DNA from: an uncultured Gemmatimonadales bacterium
GTDB taxonomy: Bacteria > Gemmatimonadota > Gemmatimonadetes > Gemmatimonadales > GWC2-71-9
Assembly: GCA_963825055.1 (NCBI GenBank)
Contig: CAWGSK010000007.1
Location: 152,450-216,449 of the forward strand
Length of the DNA: 64,000 bases
Reading direction: 5' to 3'
Shown here: positions 44,462-54,548 of the stretch, piece after piece
Position numbering within the stretch: position 1 is the first letter of the stretch
Layout of the letters: every line of letters starts with the position of its first letter
The notes under the pieces: model-generated
What the model was told of the DNA's origin: nothing
Seen by the model: the letters and a program-made list of their open reading frames with translations, nothing else
Databases searched by the model: none
Made by a program: the position numbers and the translations under genes

Positions 44462-44701
44462 ATGGCGTGGAGAGTACTGAACTACGGCGACACCCAGTGG
44501 AACGTCACCGTAGCTGCCGAACGTGCCGCGCAGTCCACCTCGTGGCGCCTCGTGCTGGCCTTCCGGGCTGCGGGCTTGCAGCGGCGGGCCTTGTGGACAC
44601 CCTATCCACTGGTGTCGACCTCGAAGGCGTCCCTGTTCGCCCAGGCTGATCGCCTGACGGACGAGAAACTCACCGCGGTTCTGGCCGACCACCTCGACTA
44701 G
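44462..44701 (+). CDS. Hypothetical protein
   Basis: MAWRVLNYGDTQWNV..., GGAG RBS, host codon usage. Confidence 0.6.
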   Translation: MAWRVLNYGDTQWNVTVAAERAAQSTSWRLVLAFRAAGLQRRALWTPYPLVSTSKASLFAQADRLTDEKLTAVLADHLD

Positions 44702-44719
44702 ATCGCCACACCGGATCGC

Positions 44720-44971
44720 ATGCCCCAGACCTCCCTGCAGGACCTCCGGCGGGTGGCCGAGTCGCTCGCGCTGCTCAAGGGTTGCAGCATCGAGGACACG
44801 AGCTTCCGCTCGGACTTCCGCCAGCTCCGTCTGGACCTGTCGGAAGGCCTCCTCCTGGTCGTCACCCTGGAAACGGACGAGTCCGGGAAACCCCACCTGG
44901 AAGTTGACGTAGTGAGACAACCCGAGGAAAAGGACCGCCACCAGCTGGAGGTGACCTTCGGGGAAGCGTGA
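44720..44971 (+). CDS. Hypothetical protein
   Basis: 83-aa ORF with host codon usage, co-oriented with the previous gene. Confidence 0.6.
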   Translation: MPQTSLQDLRRVAESLALLKGCSIEDTSFRSDFRQLRLDLSEGLLLVVTLETDESGKPHLEVDVVRQPEEKDRHQLEVTFGEA

Positions 44972-44992
44972 GCGACCTCCGATTGCGCCGAC

Positions 44993-45055
44993 TCGTTGAG
45001 TCGCTAAATCGTTGAGTCGCACGACTCAACCACTCAACGACTAAACCACTCAACG
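44993..45055. repeat. Empty inverted octamer arms (GTTGAGTC / GACTCAAC)
   Basis: tcgttgagtcgctaaatcgttgagtcg-ca-cgactcaaccactcaacgactaaaccactcaacg. Confidence 0.85.
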
Positions 45056-45060
45056 CCCTT

Positions 45061-45798
45061 GTGCCCTCCCTCCACCACCTCTCCTACTCCCCCGGCGGCA
45101 CCCAGCCTCCCCATTACCACCCCGAGTCCTCCATCACCATCATCCTGGGCGGCAGCCTGACCGAGCGGGTCGGCCGCCGAACCGTCGAGGCCGGGCCCCT
45201 GTCCGTGGTGGTGAAACCTGCCGGGGTCACGCACGCCAACCGCCTGGGCAGCACGGGCGCGAGCACCGTCCAGGTCGAGCTGGGCGGCCTGGTGGATGCC
45301 GACACGCCCGAACGGCTGCTCGGCCCATGGCGCTGGTTCCACACGGGCAGCGCGGCGCGCCGCATGCTCCGGATTCTCAGGGGATGGCGCGGCGGGGTAG
45401 AGGAGCCGCTGGAGATGGAGCGCGCGGTCTGTGACTGCATCGGCGCCCTGGAGATGCCACGCGAGGCTGATGTCCCCCGATGGCTCAGCCGCGTCGCGGA
45501 GGAGCTGGATGACACCGCAGCCTCCCCTCCGCCCGTAACCGAACTGGCCGGGCGCGCCGGCCTGCATCCGGTGTCGCTTGCCCGGCTCTTCCGCCGCCAT
45601 TTCGGGACCTCGATCACCGAACGCATCCGCCGCCGGCGGGTCGAGTGCGCCGCCGGACTGCTCGCCGCCGACTCGGCCGGGCTGGCGGAGATCGCCCTCA
45701 CCACGGGCTTTGCCGACCAGAGCCACCTCAACCGGGTCTTCCGTCGCGAGACCGGCCTCACCCCTGGCGCCTACCGGCGGCTGGCCCGACCCGCCTGA
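45061..45798 (+). CDS. AraC-family transcriptional regulator with cupin domain
   Basis: HYH, H.N, GLHPVSLARLFRRHFG, GFADQSHLNRVFRRETGLTPGAYR. Confidence 0.9.
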   Translation: MPSLHHLSYSPGGTQPPHYHPESSITIILGGSLTERVGRRTVEAGPLSVVVKPAGVTHANRLGSTGASTVQVELGGLVDADTPERLLGPWRWFHTGSAARRMLRILRGWRGGVEEPLEMERAVCDCIGALEMPREADVPRWLSRVAEELDDTAASPPPVTELAGRAGLHPVSLARLFRRHFGTSITERIRRRRVECAAGLLAADSAGLAEIALTTGFADQSHLNRVFRRETGLTPGAYRRLARPA

Positions 45799-45898
45799 GC
45801 CGGGCGGTTCCAATCGTTCAAGAATCTGCCCGGTGCTCCGGATACCTTCCGGGAAAGGCCGGGACCCTCCCGGTCCGTGTCATGTGCCCGGAGGAGAG

Positions 45899-47416
45899 AT
45901 GGATGCATCACACGCGGGGCTGGTCCTGCTGCTGGCCGGGGCTGCGGCCTGCGCCGGCGGCGCCAGGGCCGGCGCCCAGTCAGCGGTCGTGAACAACGAC
46001 CCGAGAATCGACGCCTGGGTGACCCGGTCGTTCGATTCGACACTGGCCCCGGGCATGTCGGTCGCCGTGGTCGTGGGCGATTCGGTGGTGTACCTCAAGG
46101 GCTTCGGCTATGCCGACCGCGAGGCACGGCGGCCCGCCACCCCGCGCTCGATCTTCTATATCGCCTCCGCCACCAAGTCGTTCACGGGAATGGCCGCGGC
46201 CATCCTCGACACCCGCGGCACGATTGACCTCGACAGCTCGCTGGCGCACTACCTCCCCGATCTCCGGCTGCAACCACCGCTCGACGCCGGCACGATCACC
46301 CTGCGTGAGCTGCTGACCCACACGCACGGCACCAACTCCAACCCCATCGTCATTCGCCTCGCCTTTACCGGCCAGCACGACCCGGCCACCCTGGAGCGGC
46401 TCCTGGCCAGGGCCGAGCCCCTCGAGAGCGGCCGGAGATTCCGGTACAGCAACTTCGGTTACAACGCGGCCACCATCGCGCTCGACCATGCCCTGCACAA
46501 ACGATGGCAGGACGTGCTCCAGGACGAACTCTTCAATCCGCTCGGCATGAAGTCGACGACCGCGTACATCTCCCGGATCGACCGGGACCGCCTGGCGATG
46601 CCCTACACCACGGAGCCCGGGGGGCAGGAGCGGCTCCCCTACGGGAAGGAAGATTCGAACATGCAGTCCGCCGGGGGCCTGGTGACCACCGCGGAAGACC
46701 TGACGCACTGGATGATCGCCAACCTGAACAGTGGCCAGTGGAACGGCCGCCAGGCCCTGCCGGCGGCGGCGGTCTCGCTGGCGCAGACGCCCATGGTGGA
46801 CCTCGATGCCTCCTATCAGGGGTTCGAGCGGAAGCAGTACTCGCTCGGCCTGTACCACGGGACATACGACGGCGAGAAGTTCATGCACCACTTCGGCGGT
46901 TTCTCCGGCTTCCACTCCCACATCTCCTACATGCCGGAGCGGAAGATCGGCGTTGCGGTGCTGGTCAACAACGACGGACTCGGCAGCTATCTCGCGGTGA
47001 CCACCGCGAAGGGGATCTACCAGATCCTGCTCGACCGGCCTGACGTGGGGCATACCCTGGATACCCTGCTCGCCGGGCGTCAGAAGAACGTCGGCGAGGA
47101 TCTGGAGGGTATCCGCGAGGATCGCGCGCGCCGTGCCGCACGCCCACAGGACCTTCCGCATCCGCTCGAAGCCTACGCCGGGACCTACCGGAATGAGGAC
47201 TTCGGCACGATGGTCTGGACCGTCAGGAACGGAAAGCTCCACGCCACCTGGGGCGTCGCCGAGTCGGATGCGGAGGTGTATGACGGGGCGAAGAGCCAGC
47301 TCCGGGAGGAGCTGCTCGGCGGAGGCGGCGTGATTCAATTCGAATTTGACGGGAGCGACCGCGCGCAGCGGCTGATCAAGGTCGGCCCGAACGAGGTGTT
47401 CGAGAGGGTGGATTAG
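45899..47416 (+). CDS. Serine hydrolase (beta-lactamase/AmpC-like family) with C-terminal DUF3471-like domain
   Basis: IASATK (SxxK), LLTHT, YSN, HFGG, YAGTY. Confidence 0.88.
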   Translation: MDASHAGLVLLLAGAAACAGGARAGAQSAVVNNDPRIDAWVTRSFDSTLAPGMSVAVVVGDSVVYLKGFGYADREARRPATPRSIFYIASATKSFTGMAAAILDTRGTIDLDSSLAHYLPDLRLQPPLDAGTITLRELLTHTHGTNSNPIVIRLAFTGQHDPATLERLLARAEPLESGRRFRYSNFGYNAATIALDHALHKRWQDVLQDELFNPLGMKSTTAYISRIDRDRLAMPYTTEPGGQERLPYGKEDSNMQSAGGLVTTAEDLTHWMIANLNSGQWNGRQALPAAAVSLAQTPMVDLDASYQGFERKQYSLGLYHGTYDGEKFMHHFGGFSGFHSHISYMPERKIGVAVLVNNDGLGSYLAVTTAKGIYQILLDRPDVGHTLDTLLAGRQKNVGEDLEGIREDRARRAARPQDLPHPLEAYAGTYRNEDFGTMVWTVRNGKLHATWGVAESDAEVYDGAKSQLREELLGGGGVIQFEFDGSDRAQRLIKVGPNEVFERVD

Positions 47417-47626
47417 AGAGCAGGGCGGTCGAGACGGTCCAGCGAGACCCTCGTCGCCGGAAGCGACGACGTGCCGAGCAGTGACCGAAGGGAATACCAT
47501 GACGCGAGCGACGCGGCCCACAGGCGCGGCAATCCCGCGCCTCGGCCGCGAGTGAACGCTTGGCGGCTTCAGCCGCGTGGAAAGGTCGGTCGTGAATAAG
47601 GCGGTGGTGCCGCTTCAAGGAAGCCG

Positions 47627-47719
47627 TGTCATTTCGAGCGCAGCGAGAAATCTCAAGAGTCGGATGTTATCGAAAGCGGCCCTTGAGATCTCTCGGGCCT
47701 GGCGGCCCTCGAGATGACA
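47627..47719. repeat. 93-bp palindromic REP/MITE-like element, copy 2
   Basis: Arms essentially identical to copy 1, loop diverged; followed by CGCCTCCA and GACTCAAC octamer arrays up to ~47862. Confidence 0.85.
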
Positions 47720-47856
47720 CGATATTCGGAACGCCTCCACGCCTCCACGCCTCCACGCCTCCACGCCTCCACGCCTCCACGCCTCCACGCCTCAACGACT
47801 CAACGACCTCAACCACTCACCCACTCAACGACTCAACGACTCAACCACTCAACCCC

Positions 47857-48753
47857 TCAACGCCTCTCCCTCCACCCCTCCACAATCCCGGCAATCTTCG
47901 CTATCCACACCTCCCCGTCCGGCAGTTCATCGAACCCCCGGGTCAGCACCGTCAGCACCCAGGGCGACCCGTCCTGCGGATAGACGATGCCCGCGTCGTG
48001 CGCGATGCGGGTGATCGAGCCGGTCTTGTGCGCCACCCTGGTGCCCGGCGGCAGCCCGGCGGGGATTCCCTCATTGAACTCCTGGCCAGCAAGGATCGCG
48101 ATCATCACGTCAGTGGACGCCGGGGACGCCGCCCGCCCGTCGGCGATGGCCGTGAACAGTGCGTCCAGGTCCCGCGCGGTGGTGGTGTTGCTCATTCCCT
48201 GCTCGTAGGCCTTGATGTCCTCCACGCCTCGCAACACGTGGATGGAGTCCGCGCCGAACTCATGCGCGGTGGAGTCCACGCGCTTCGGATCCAGCATCTC
48301 GATCAGCACGTTGGTGGCGAGATTGCTGCTCCAGCGGATCATGTGTTCCGCCATGAACCGGATCGACACCTTCCGGTCCGTAAGCGCGTACATGAGCGAG
48401 TCAGAGTCGTCGGCCGGGCTCAGGGAATAGGGGGAGCCATCCACGATGGAGGTGAACCGGTTCACCACCGGGACCGAGTCCTCCCAGTCAAAGTCCCCGG
48501 CGTCCACCCGGCGGGCCAGCTCGATCAGGACCGGTACCTTCATCGTGCTCGCCGCATGATACCGGCGGTCAGCGTCGATGTAGATTGTGTCTCCGTTGCC
48601 AAGGTCGCGGTACGCGACGCTGATCTCCGCCCCGGAGGCCGCGATGGCCTGCAGGAGGGAGTCCCGGAGGGCCGGGAGGGCAGGATTCTGCCCCCGGAGG
48701 GGGGCCGGGAGGAGGAACAGGGCGGCCACCAGGCCGAGGCACGGGATTCGCAT
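47857..48753 (-). CDS. Class A beta-lactamase-like serine hydrolase
   Basis: AASTMK, SSN, AHKTG, HDAGIV; signal peptide. Confidence 0.85.
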   Translation of the reverse strand: MRIPCLGLVAALFLLPAPLRGQNPALPALRDSLLQAIAASGAEISVAYRDLGNGDTIYIDADRRYHAASTMKVPVLIELARRVDAGDFDWEDSVPVVNRFTSIVDGSPYSLSPADDSDSLMYALTDRKVSIRFMAEHMIRWSSNLATNVLIEMLDPKRVDSTAHEFGADSIHVLRGVEDIKAYEQGMSNTTTARDLDALFTAIADGRAASPASTDVMIAILAGQEFNEGIPAGLPPGTRVAHKTGSITRIAHDAGIVYPQDGSPWVLTVLTRGFDELPDGEVWIAKIAGIVEGWRERR

Positions 48754-48817
48754 ACCGTAAGGGTAACCCCGTTCTCCCACGGACCGGCCAGGATGGCCGG
48801 CAACTGCAAAGTCGAGC

Positions 48818-49219
48818 ATGTCAGACCGTCTCCGTTTCAGCCACTTCGAAATCGAACGCCTGGTGAACGGCCGCTGTCGGGCCGATGTCCGGCTTACCTG
48901 GCAGGACGAGAGCGAGTATCACGGGGAATCTGCTGGCCTGGCGAGCCAGGCCGGCGAACTGCGCTGTGCGGCCCAGGCCTGCGTCAACGCCCTGGCCAAG
49001 TCCGTTGAAGGAAAAGTGACATTCGAGCTCTTCGGCGTAAAGGCTGTGCGGGCCTTCGATTCCACCGTCATCATCGTATCCCTGGCCGCCCAGAACGGCG
49101 ACGGGGGCCACCGTCTGGTCGGCTGCTGCCTGACGGACGAGGACCCGGCCCGCGGCGCGGCCCTGGCCGTGCTGAACGCGACAAACCGGATTCTGGGCAA
49201 TACGCTGTTCATGCGGTAA
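48818..49219 (+). CDS. Hypothetical protein (C-terminal AVLNATNR motif)
   Basis: Compact ORF with host codon usage. Confidence 0.65.
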   Translation: MSDRLRFSHFEIERLVNGRCRADVRLTWQDESEYHGESAGLASQAGELRCAAQACVNALAKSVEGKVTFELFGVKAVRAFDSTVIIVSLAAQNGDGGHRLVGCCLTDEDPARGAALAVLNATNRILGNTLFMR

Positions 49220-49465
49220 GTTGTGCAACCATTGACCGATGCCCGGCATCCTCCGGAGGCCGAGGCATGGAAAAACGCCAGTAGGAAGCTCAAATCGCCA
49301 CCCGCTCCGCTGCCGGCTTCCCCGCCGGGTTCCTGGTGCGGGATTCTGTTGAACCGAACAGAAGCCGAAATCAGCGCGCCCTGCGCGTAACAACTGAGTG
49401 CTCGCCGCCGTCCGGTTCCCTCACCCGGATCCCTCGCGGCTTTTGCCCGGCTTAAGGAGCCCCGC

Positions 49466-51130
49466 ATGAAACGCTGGATCGCCCCGCTCGCGCTTGCTGC
49501 CATCGCCGCCTGTGCGGGACATTCCGCGCCTCCTCCCGCCGCGCCCGACCCGGCGCTCGGCTCGGAAGTGGCCCTGCAGGACAGTTCCGTGGCAGCCGTC
49601 GCCGCCGCTGCCGACACGCTGCTCGATGCGGAGACCGCCGCCGAGCTTCGCGCCGCTGCCGACTCCGCGGCCGATGCCGTGGCCCTTGAACAGCTCGAGA
49701 ACGCCTCGCCGGACGACTCGGGTGACGAAGTTGGCGGGCCCGACGCGGCCCACGCGGACGTCACCTGGGACATTGACGTCACCACCTTTGGCGACAACGA
49801 GCGGGTACAGTTCTACCTCGACTTCTTCCAGACGAAGGGCCGCGACCGGATGGCGGTCTGGCTCTCCCGGCTCCCCTACTACGAACCGATGATCCGCGAG
49901 GAGCTCGCCGATCAGGGACTCCCTGGTGACCTGGTCTACCTGGCGCTGATCGAGAGCGGGTTCTCCAACGCCGCCGTGAGCCGTGCCCGTGCCACCGGCA
50001 TGTGGCAGTTCATGGCCGGTACCGCCCGCATGTACGGCCTCAGGGTGGACAGCTGGGTGGACGAGCGGCGCGATCCGTATCTCGCCACCGACGCCGCGGC
50101 GCGCCACCTGAAGGACCTGCGCGACCGCTTCGGGTCGCTCTACCTCGCCGCCGCGGCCTACAATGCCGGGGCAGGGAAGGTGAGCCGGGGCCTCCGGCGC
50201 CTGCCGGAGGAAGACGGCGAGGACCTCACCAGCGACGAGACCTACTTCCGCCTGGCCGACACGCGCCACCTGCGCCGCGAGACGAAGGACTACGTGCCGA
50301 AGCTCATCGCCGCGGCACTGATCGCGAAGGAGCCGGCGCGCTATGGCTTCACGCCGCCGGAGCCGGTCGAGCCCGCGGTGTGGGACTCACTCATCGTGCC
50401 GGACGCCACCGGGCTCGACGTGATCGCAAAGCTGGCGGACACGTCGGTGGCCGCCATCCGCGCGATGAACCCCAAGTATCTCCGCATGGCAACGCCGCCC
50501 GGTACCAGGAGCGTCGTTCGTGTGCCCGATGGGCATGGCAACCAGGTCCGGGTCGCCTACGCCGACCTGCCGGCCTCGAAGCGGGTGTCGTTCGTGGAGC
50601 ACCGCGTGACGAAGGGGCAGACTGTGGGCGGGATCGCCAAGCATTACCACGTCTCCGTCTCCGACCTCCGGCTTGCCAATCCGGGCCTTCACTCGCTCAT
50701 CCGCATCGGGCAGCGGCTCATCATCCCGACCGGCGGCGTTGTCGCCGCGCGGAATGCCGTGGGCGCGCAGGATCGCCGGGCAGCGGCGCAGGTTGCCGTG
50801 CAGGGCAGCTATCACCGCGTCCGTCGGGGCGAGACTCTCTCCGAGATTGCGGATGACTACCACGTGAGCGTCAGTCAGTTGCAGTCCTGGAACAACCTGG
50901 GCCGTTCGACGCGAATCAGGGCCGGCCAGCAGCTCCGGGTCCACAGCGCCACCACCACCGCCCGCCATGCCAGCAGTGGCCGGACGGTGATCACCATCCA
51001 GCGTGGTGACACGCTGAGCGGCATCGCGGCCCGCTACGGCGTATCGGTCTCCGCCCTGCTCGAGGCCAACGGCCTCCGGCGCGATACCGTGATCAAGGCA
51101 GGGCACAAGCTCACCATCCCCGGCGCCTGA
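49466..51130 (+). CDS. mltD: Membrane-bound lytic transglycosylase D-like with three LysM domains
   Basis: LALIESG, GMWQFM, AAYNAG, ETKDYVPK, three LysM repeats; lipobox. Confidence 0.92.
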   Translation: MKRWIAPLALAAIAACAGHSAPPPAAPDPALGSEVALQDSSVAAVAAAADTLLDAETAAELRAAADSAADAVALEQLENASPDDSGDEVGGPDAAHADVTWDIDVTTFGDNERVQFYLDFFQTKGRDRMAVWLSRLPYYEPMIREELADQGLPGDLVYLALIESGFSNAAVSRARATGMWQFMAGTARMYGLRVDSWVDERRDPYLATDAAARHLKDLRDRFGSLYLAAAAYNAGAGKVSRGLRRLPEEDGEDLTSDETYFRLADTRHLRRETKDYVPKLIAAALIAKEPARYGFTPPEPVEPAVWDSLIVPDATGLDVIAKLADTSVAAIRAMNPKYLRMATPPGTRSVVRVPDGHGNQVRVAYADLPASKRVSFVEHRVTKGQTVGGIAKHYHVSVSDLRLANPGLHSLIRIGQRLIIPTGGVVAARNAVGAQDRRAAAQVAVQGSYHRVRRGETLSEIADDYHVSVSQLQSWNNLGRSTRIRAGQQLRVHSATTTARHASSGRTVITIQRGDTLSGIAARYGVSVSALLEANGLRRDTVIKAGHKLTIPGA

Positions 51131-51145
51131 AGCGCGTGCGGAGGA

Positions 51146-51189
51146 CAAACGAAACGCCCCGGTCCACTCGGACCGGGGCGTTTCGTTTG
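51146..51189. terminator. Bidirectional intrinsic terminator
   Basis: caaacgaaacgccccggtcc-actc-ggaccggggcgtttcgtttg between convergent genes. Confidence 0.85.
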
Positions 51190-51205
51190 CGGGGAAACCG
51201 TCGGC

Positions 51206-51889
51206 TCAGCGCGCGAGCGTCCGGTGGTAGCCGTTGAGCACTGACTTCGCGTAGCCGTTGGCGGGATTGCCGCCTTCCGCCAGGATCTGGGCCACGCGGG
51301 CCGGGCCGCGGTTGTAGGCCAGCAGCGCCAGGGACATGTCGCCGTCGTAGTTCCGGAGCAGGTCGTTCAGGAACCGGAAGCCGAGCCGGAGGTTCGTCTC
51401 GCGCTCGTACAGCTGCTCCTCGGTAATCCCGTGCTCGTAGTACCGCGCGGTCGGCACCTGGATCTGCGTGTAGCCGATCGCGCTCTTATTGCTCCTGGCG
51501 CCACGCTTGAAGTTGCTCTCCACCTTCACCAGGCGGAAGCCGAGTGAAGGGTCGAGCCCCTCCGAGAGTGCCACGTCATAAATGGCCGCGGCCAGGTCGG
51601 CCGGGACCTGGTACTGCTCCGAGTAGCCGAGCACCGCGTTGGCGCGCTCGAGCTGGAGCCGCGCCACGCCGAGGTCGCCCCGGGCCTTCTGCAGCTGGGC
51701 CGTGACCTCGCGGAACTGCCGGGCGGCCGTCTCGACGCCGATGGTTTCGACATCGTCCGAGGCCCGCGCACGGCCGACCGACCCGCCCACCGCGCTCACC
51801 AGCAGCGCGGCGCCGAGCACCAGGGCCGCATGCATGGCTATTCGACTCGTGCGCGATCGGAGCATCGCCTTGTACGTGACATCACTCAT
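51206..51889 (-). CDS. Lytic transglycosylase (SLT domain)
   Basis: VKVESNF, AIGYTQI, LLAYNRG. Confidence 0.88.
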   Translation of the reverse strand: MSDVTYKAMLRSRTSRIAMHAALVLGAALLVSAVGGSVGRARASDDVETIGVETAARQFREVTAQLQKARGDLGVARLQLERANAVLGYSEQYQVPADLAAAIYDVALSEGLDPSLGFRLVKVESNFKRGARSNKSAIGYTQIQVPTARYYEHGITEEQLYERETNLRLGFRFLNDLLRNYDGDMSLALLAYNRGPARVAQILAEGGNPANGYAKSVLNGYHRTLAR

Positions 51890-51897
51890 ATAGCCTC

Positions 51898-52389
51898 CTA
51901 TTCCTCAGGGCCGCCGGTTCCGCGTGTCCAGTCGCCGCGGGTGCCGCCGGTCTTGCGCTCCAGGCGGATGTGCCTGATGTCCATCTCCCGGTCGACTGCC
52001 TTGACCATGTCGTACACCGTCAGGCAGGCCACCGAGACTGCGGTCAGCGCTTCCATCTCCACCCCGGTGCGGCCGGCGACCTTCGCCGTCGCCTCCACCC
52101 GTACACCGGGCAGGTCCGGGTCCAGCGTTGCGCTGACTTCCACCACCTCCAGCCCGAGCGGATGGCAGAGCGGGACCAGTTCCCCGGTCCGCTTGGCGGC
52201 CATCACCCCGGCCACCTCCGCCACCGTCAGGACGTCGCCCTTGGCCACGGCCTGGTCCCGGACGAGCCCGAAAGCGCGCTGGGACATTACGACCATGCCG
52301 CTCGCAACCGCCGTGCGATCCGTCACAGGCTTGCCGGAGACGTCCACCATCCGCGCGCGCCCGCTCTCATCCACATGCGACAGACTCAG
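51898..52389 (-). CDS. moaC: Cyclic pyranopterin monophosphate synthase
   Basis: [34 protein letters not shown]; start uncertain (CTG at 52389 after GGAGGA, or GTG at 52374). Confidence 0.93.
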   Translation of the reverse strand: MSLSHVDESGRARMVDVSGKPVTDRTAVASGMVVMSQRAFGLVRDQAVAKGDVLTVAEVAGVMAAKRTGELVPLCHPLGLEVVEVSATLDPDLPGVRVEATAKVAGRTGVEMEALTAVSVACLTVYDMVKAVDREMDIRHIRLERKTGGTRGDWTRGTGGPEE

Positions 52390-53432
52390 CGTTCCTCCGA
52401 CATTCCCGCTCCCAGTACGGCGAGCAGGAGCTGCGGGTTCACATTCTGCTGCGCCGCCTCCCGGGCCTCGGCGATGCGCTCGAGGTCGGCCAGGTGCCGG
52501 TCCGCAGGCTTGCCCGCGGCAGCCGCCCGCCGGGCCCGTTCCATCACCTGCCGCGTCAACTCATCCAGCAGGGCGGTGAAATCGCCCCGGGCCGCCCACG
52601 GCGGCTGCCGGAGTGCCTGCTCCAGGACCGCTTCGCCACCCTGCTGCACCGCGTTCAGCCACGCGTCGGCTGCCGCGGAGGCCTTCCGGTCCGGCTCGGC
52701 GACCGCCTGCCCGATGGCGCCGGCCGCCTGGTGGACCAGGGCGTCGAGCTCCCGGCCCTTCTTTTCCAGCCGCTCCTCCAGGAAGCCGCGGACAGCCGGG
52801 TCCGGCAGCCTTGAGAGCCTGAGCCGCACCGAGCGGGAGCGGATGGTGGGCAGCACCGCCTCGATCCGGTCCGTCGTCAGCAGCAGGTAACTCCCCGGCG
52901 GCGGCTCCTCCAGCAGCTTGAGCAGCGCGTTGGCCGCTTCCGGGCTCGCCTCCTGCGGGATCAGTCGATCCGCATGTCCGACCAGGAAGACCTGGGCCTT
53001 CCCGCTCGAGGGCCGCATCTGCGCGCGCTGCAGCAGCAGGCGCGCCGTCGATACGAAATGCCCCGCCAGCCCCTCCGGTGGACCGTACAGCGGTTCTTCC
53101 CGCCGTTCGGCCATCTTCTCCGCCAGGAGCTCGGCCATCTCTTCCATCTGCTTCCCGGGCTCCGACGCCTTCGGTCGGGGGACCGGGACGAACCAGTGCA
53201 CGTCAGGATGCGCGAGCCCCAGCACCTGGATGCAGGCCGGGCACTTCCCGCAGGGCTCCACCTCTCCTGGATCCTGGCAGAGGAGCCGCTGGGCCACCCA
53301 GAGGCCGAGCCGCTGCTTCCCGATCCCTTCCGGCCCGGTGATCAGGATCAGTTGCGGGAGGCGATCCTTGCGGATGGCCCGCGCGAGCTGTTCCCGGGCC
53401 GTCTCATGGCCGGTCAGGGGGTGCATCTTCAT
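52386..53432 (-). CDS. holB: DNA polymerase III delta' subunit
   Basis: [36 protein letters not shown]. Confidence 0.9.
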   Translation of the reverse strand: MKMHPLTGHETAREQLARAIRKDRLPQLILITGPEGIGKQRLGLWVAQRLLCQDPGEVEPCGKCPACIQVLGLAHPDVHWFVPVPRPKASEPGKQMEEMAELLAEKMAERREEPLYGPPEGLAGHFVSTARLLLQRAQMRPSSGKAQVFLVGHADRLIPQEASPEAANALLKLLEEPPPGSYLLLTTDRIEAVLPTIRSRSVRLRLSRLPDPAVRGFLEERLEKKGRELDALVHQAAGAIGQAVAEPDRKASAAADAWLNAVQQGGEAVLEQALRQPPWAARGDFTALLDELTRQVMERARRAAAAGKPADRHLADLERIAEAREAAQQNVNPQLLLAVLGAGMSEER

Positions 53433-53972
53433 GGTGGACGAAGGTAGGCAATTGCCCGGCCAAAGGATAGCCGCGACATTGTAACACATTTTTCAACAAC
53501 AACTTAGCAGTTTTCTGCACCGTCATTTTGACCCACTTTTCAGCCCATGCGGAGGTGGTTTAGTGATGTGAGTATTCGCTCGCTTCTGCCAAAATGCGAG
53601 TATCTGCTCACAGGTGCTGAAGCAGAACATTGACCGATAACGACTTGGGAACTGGCAGCCCGAACGTGCACGAATATGCATCTGACTGCCCGAAAGGCAG
53701 GGCGGACAAGGCGGACAAGGCGGGACAGGGCGGACAGGGCGGAGAAGGCGGACAGGACAGACGTCCGTCGCCTTCAGGCGACGGGGTGCCGAGCAGCGGC
53801 TTCAGCCGCGTGGGACCGGACGGACACGACGGTCAGGGCGGCGAGGTGACCGAAGCCGCGACTCAACCACTCAACTCCTACTTTCTACTCCCTGCTCCCT
53901 TAACCCTTCACCCTTCACCGTTTACCGTTCACCCCACCACCGCCTCCTCTCCCCCAGACGGAGCTCCATCTC

Positions 53973-54548
53973 ATGGGCTTCCATCCAGATATGCTGGCCA
54001 AGCGCTTCCTCAAGCGTTCCTGGGACACACTCACCCTCCGCGAGCGCTCAGTGCTGGATGCCGTCCTCCGCCACATGCCGCTCAGTCGGAATACCAATCG
54101 CGAGTTCGAGGACACTCGAACCCTCGGTGAACGCATCGCCGATCGCATGGCGACCTTCGGCGGATCCTGGGCGTTCATCCTGCTCTTCCTCGCAGTCCTC
54201 GCTGCATGGGTGGTGACCAACTCCTTTATCCTCGCCCGCCGCCATGATGCGTTCGATCCGTATCCCTACATCCTCCTCAATCTCTTTCTCTCCATGATCG
54301 CCGCGCTGCAGGCGCCGGTGATCATGATGTCGCAGAACCGCCAGGCGGCGAAGGACCGGCTCGAGGCGGCCAACGACTACGAGGTGAACCTCAAGTCGGA
54401 GATCGAAATCGGCCGGCTGCACGAGAAGCTGGACGAGCTGCGGGAGACGCAGTGGGCGGAACTGGTGACGATGCAGCAGGAGCAGATCCGGATGCTGCAG
54501 GCGATGCTGCCGGGGCACGGGTCGTCCGGGGAGGCGCAACCTTCATGA
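53973..54548 (+). CDS. DUF1003 membrane protein
   Basis: GERIADRMATFGGSW, FDPYPYILLNLFLS, APVIMMSQNRQ. Confidence 0.92.
   Translation: MGFHPDMLAKRFLKRSWDTLTLRERSVLDAVLRHMPLSRNTNREFEDTRTLGERIADRMATFGGSWAFILLFLAVLAAWVVTNSFILARRHDAFDPYPYILLNLFLSMIAALQAPVIMMSQNRQAAKDRLEAANDYEVNLKSEIEIGRLHEKLDELRETQWAELVTMQQEQIRMLQAMLPGHGSSGEAQPS

Noticed and set aside
47857..48753. Bona fide antibiotic-resistance beta-lactamase
   Set aside because: SSN instead of SDN and generic class A-like (PBP-A/serine hydrolase) features; activity cannot be inferred.
53653..53682. Sigma-54 promoter (TGGCA...TGCA)
   Set aside because: GG-to-GC spacing is N12 rather than the required N10.
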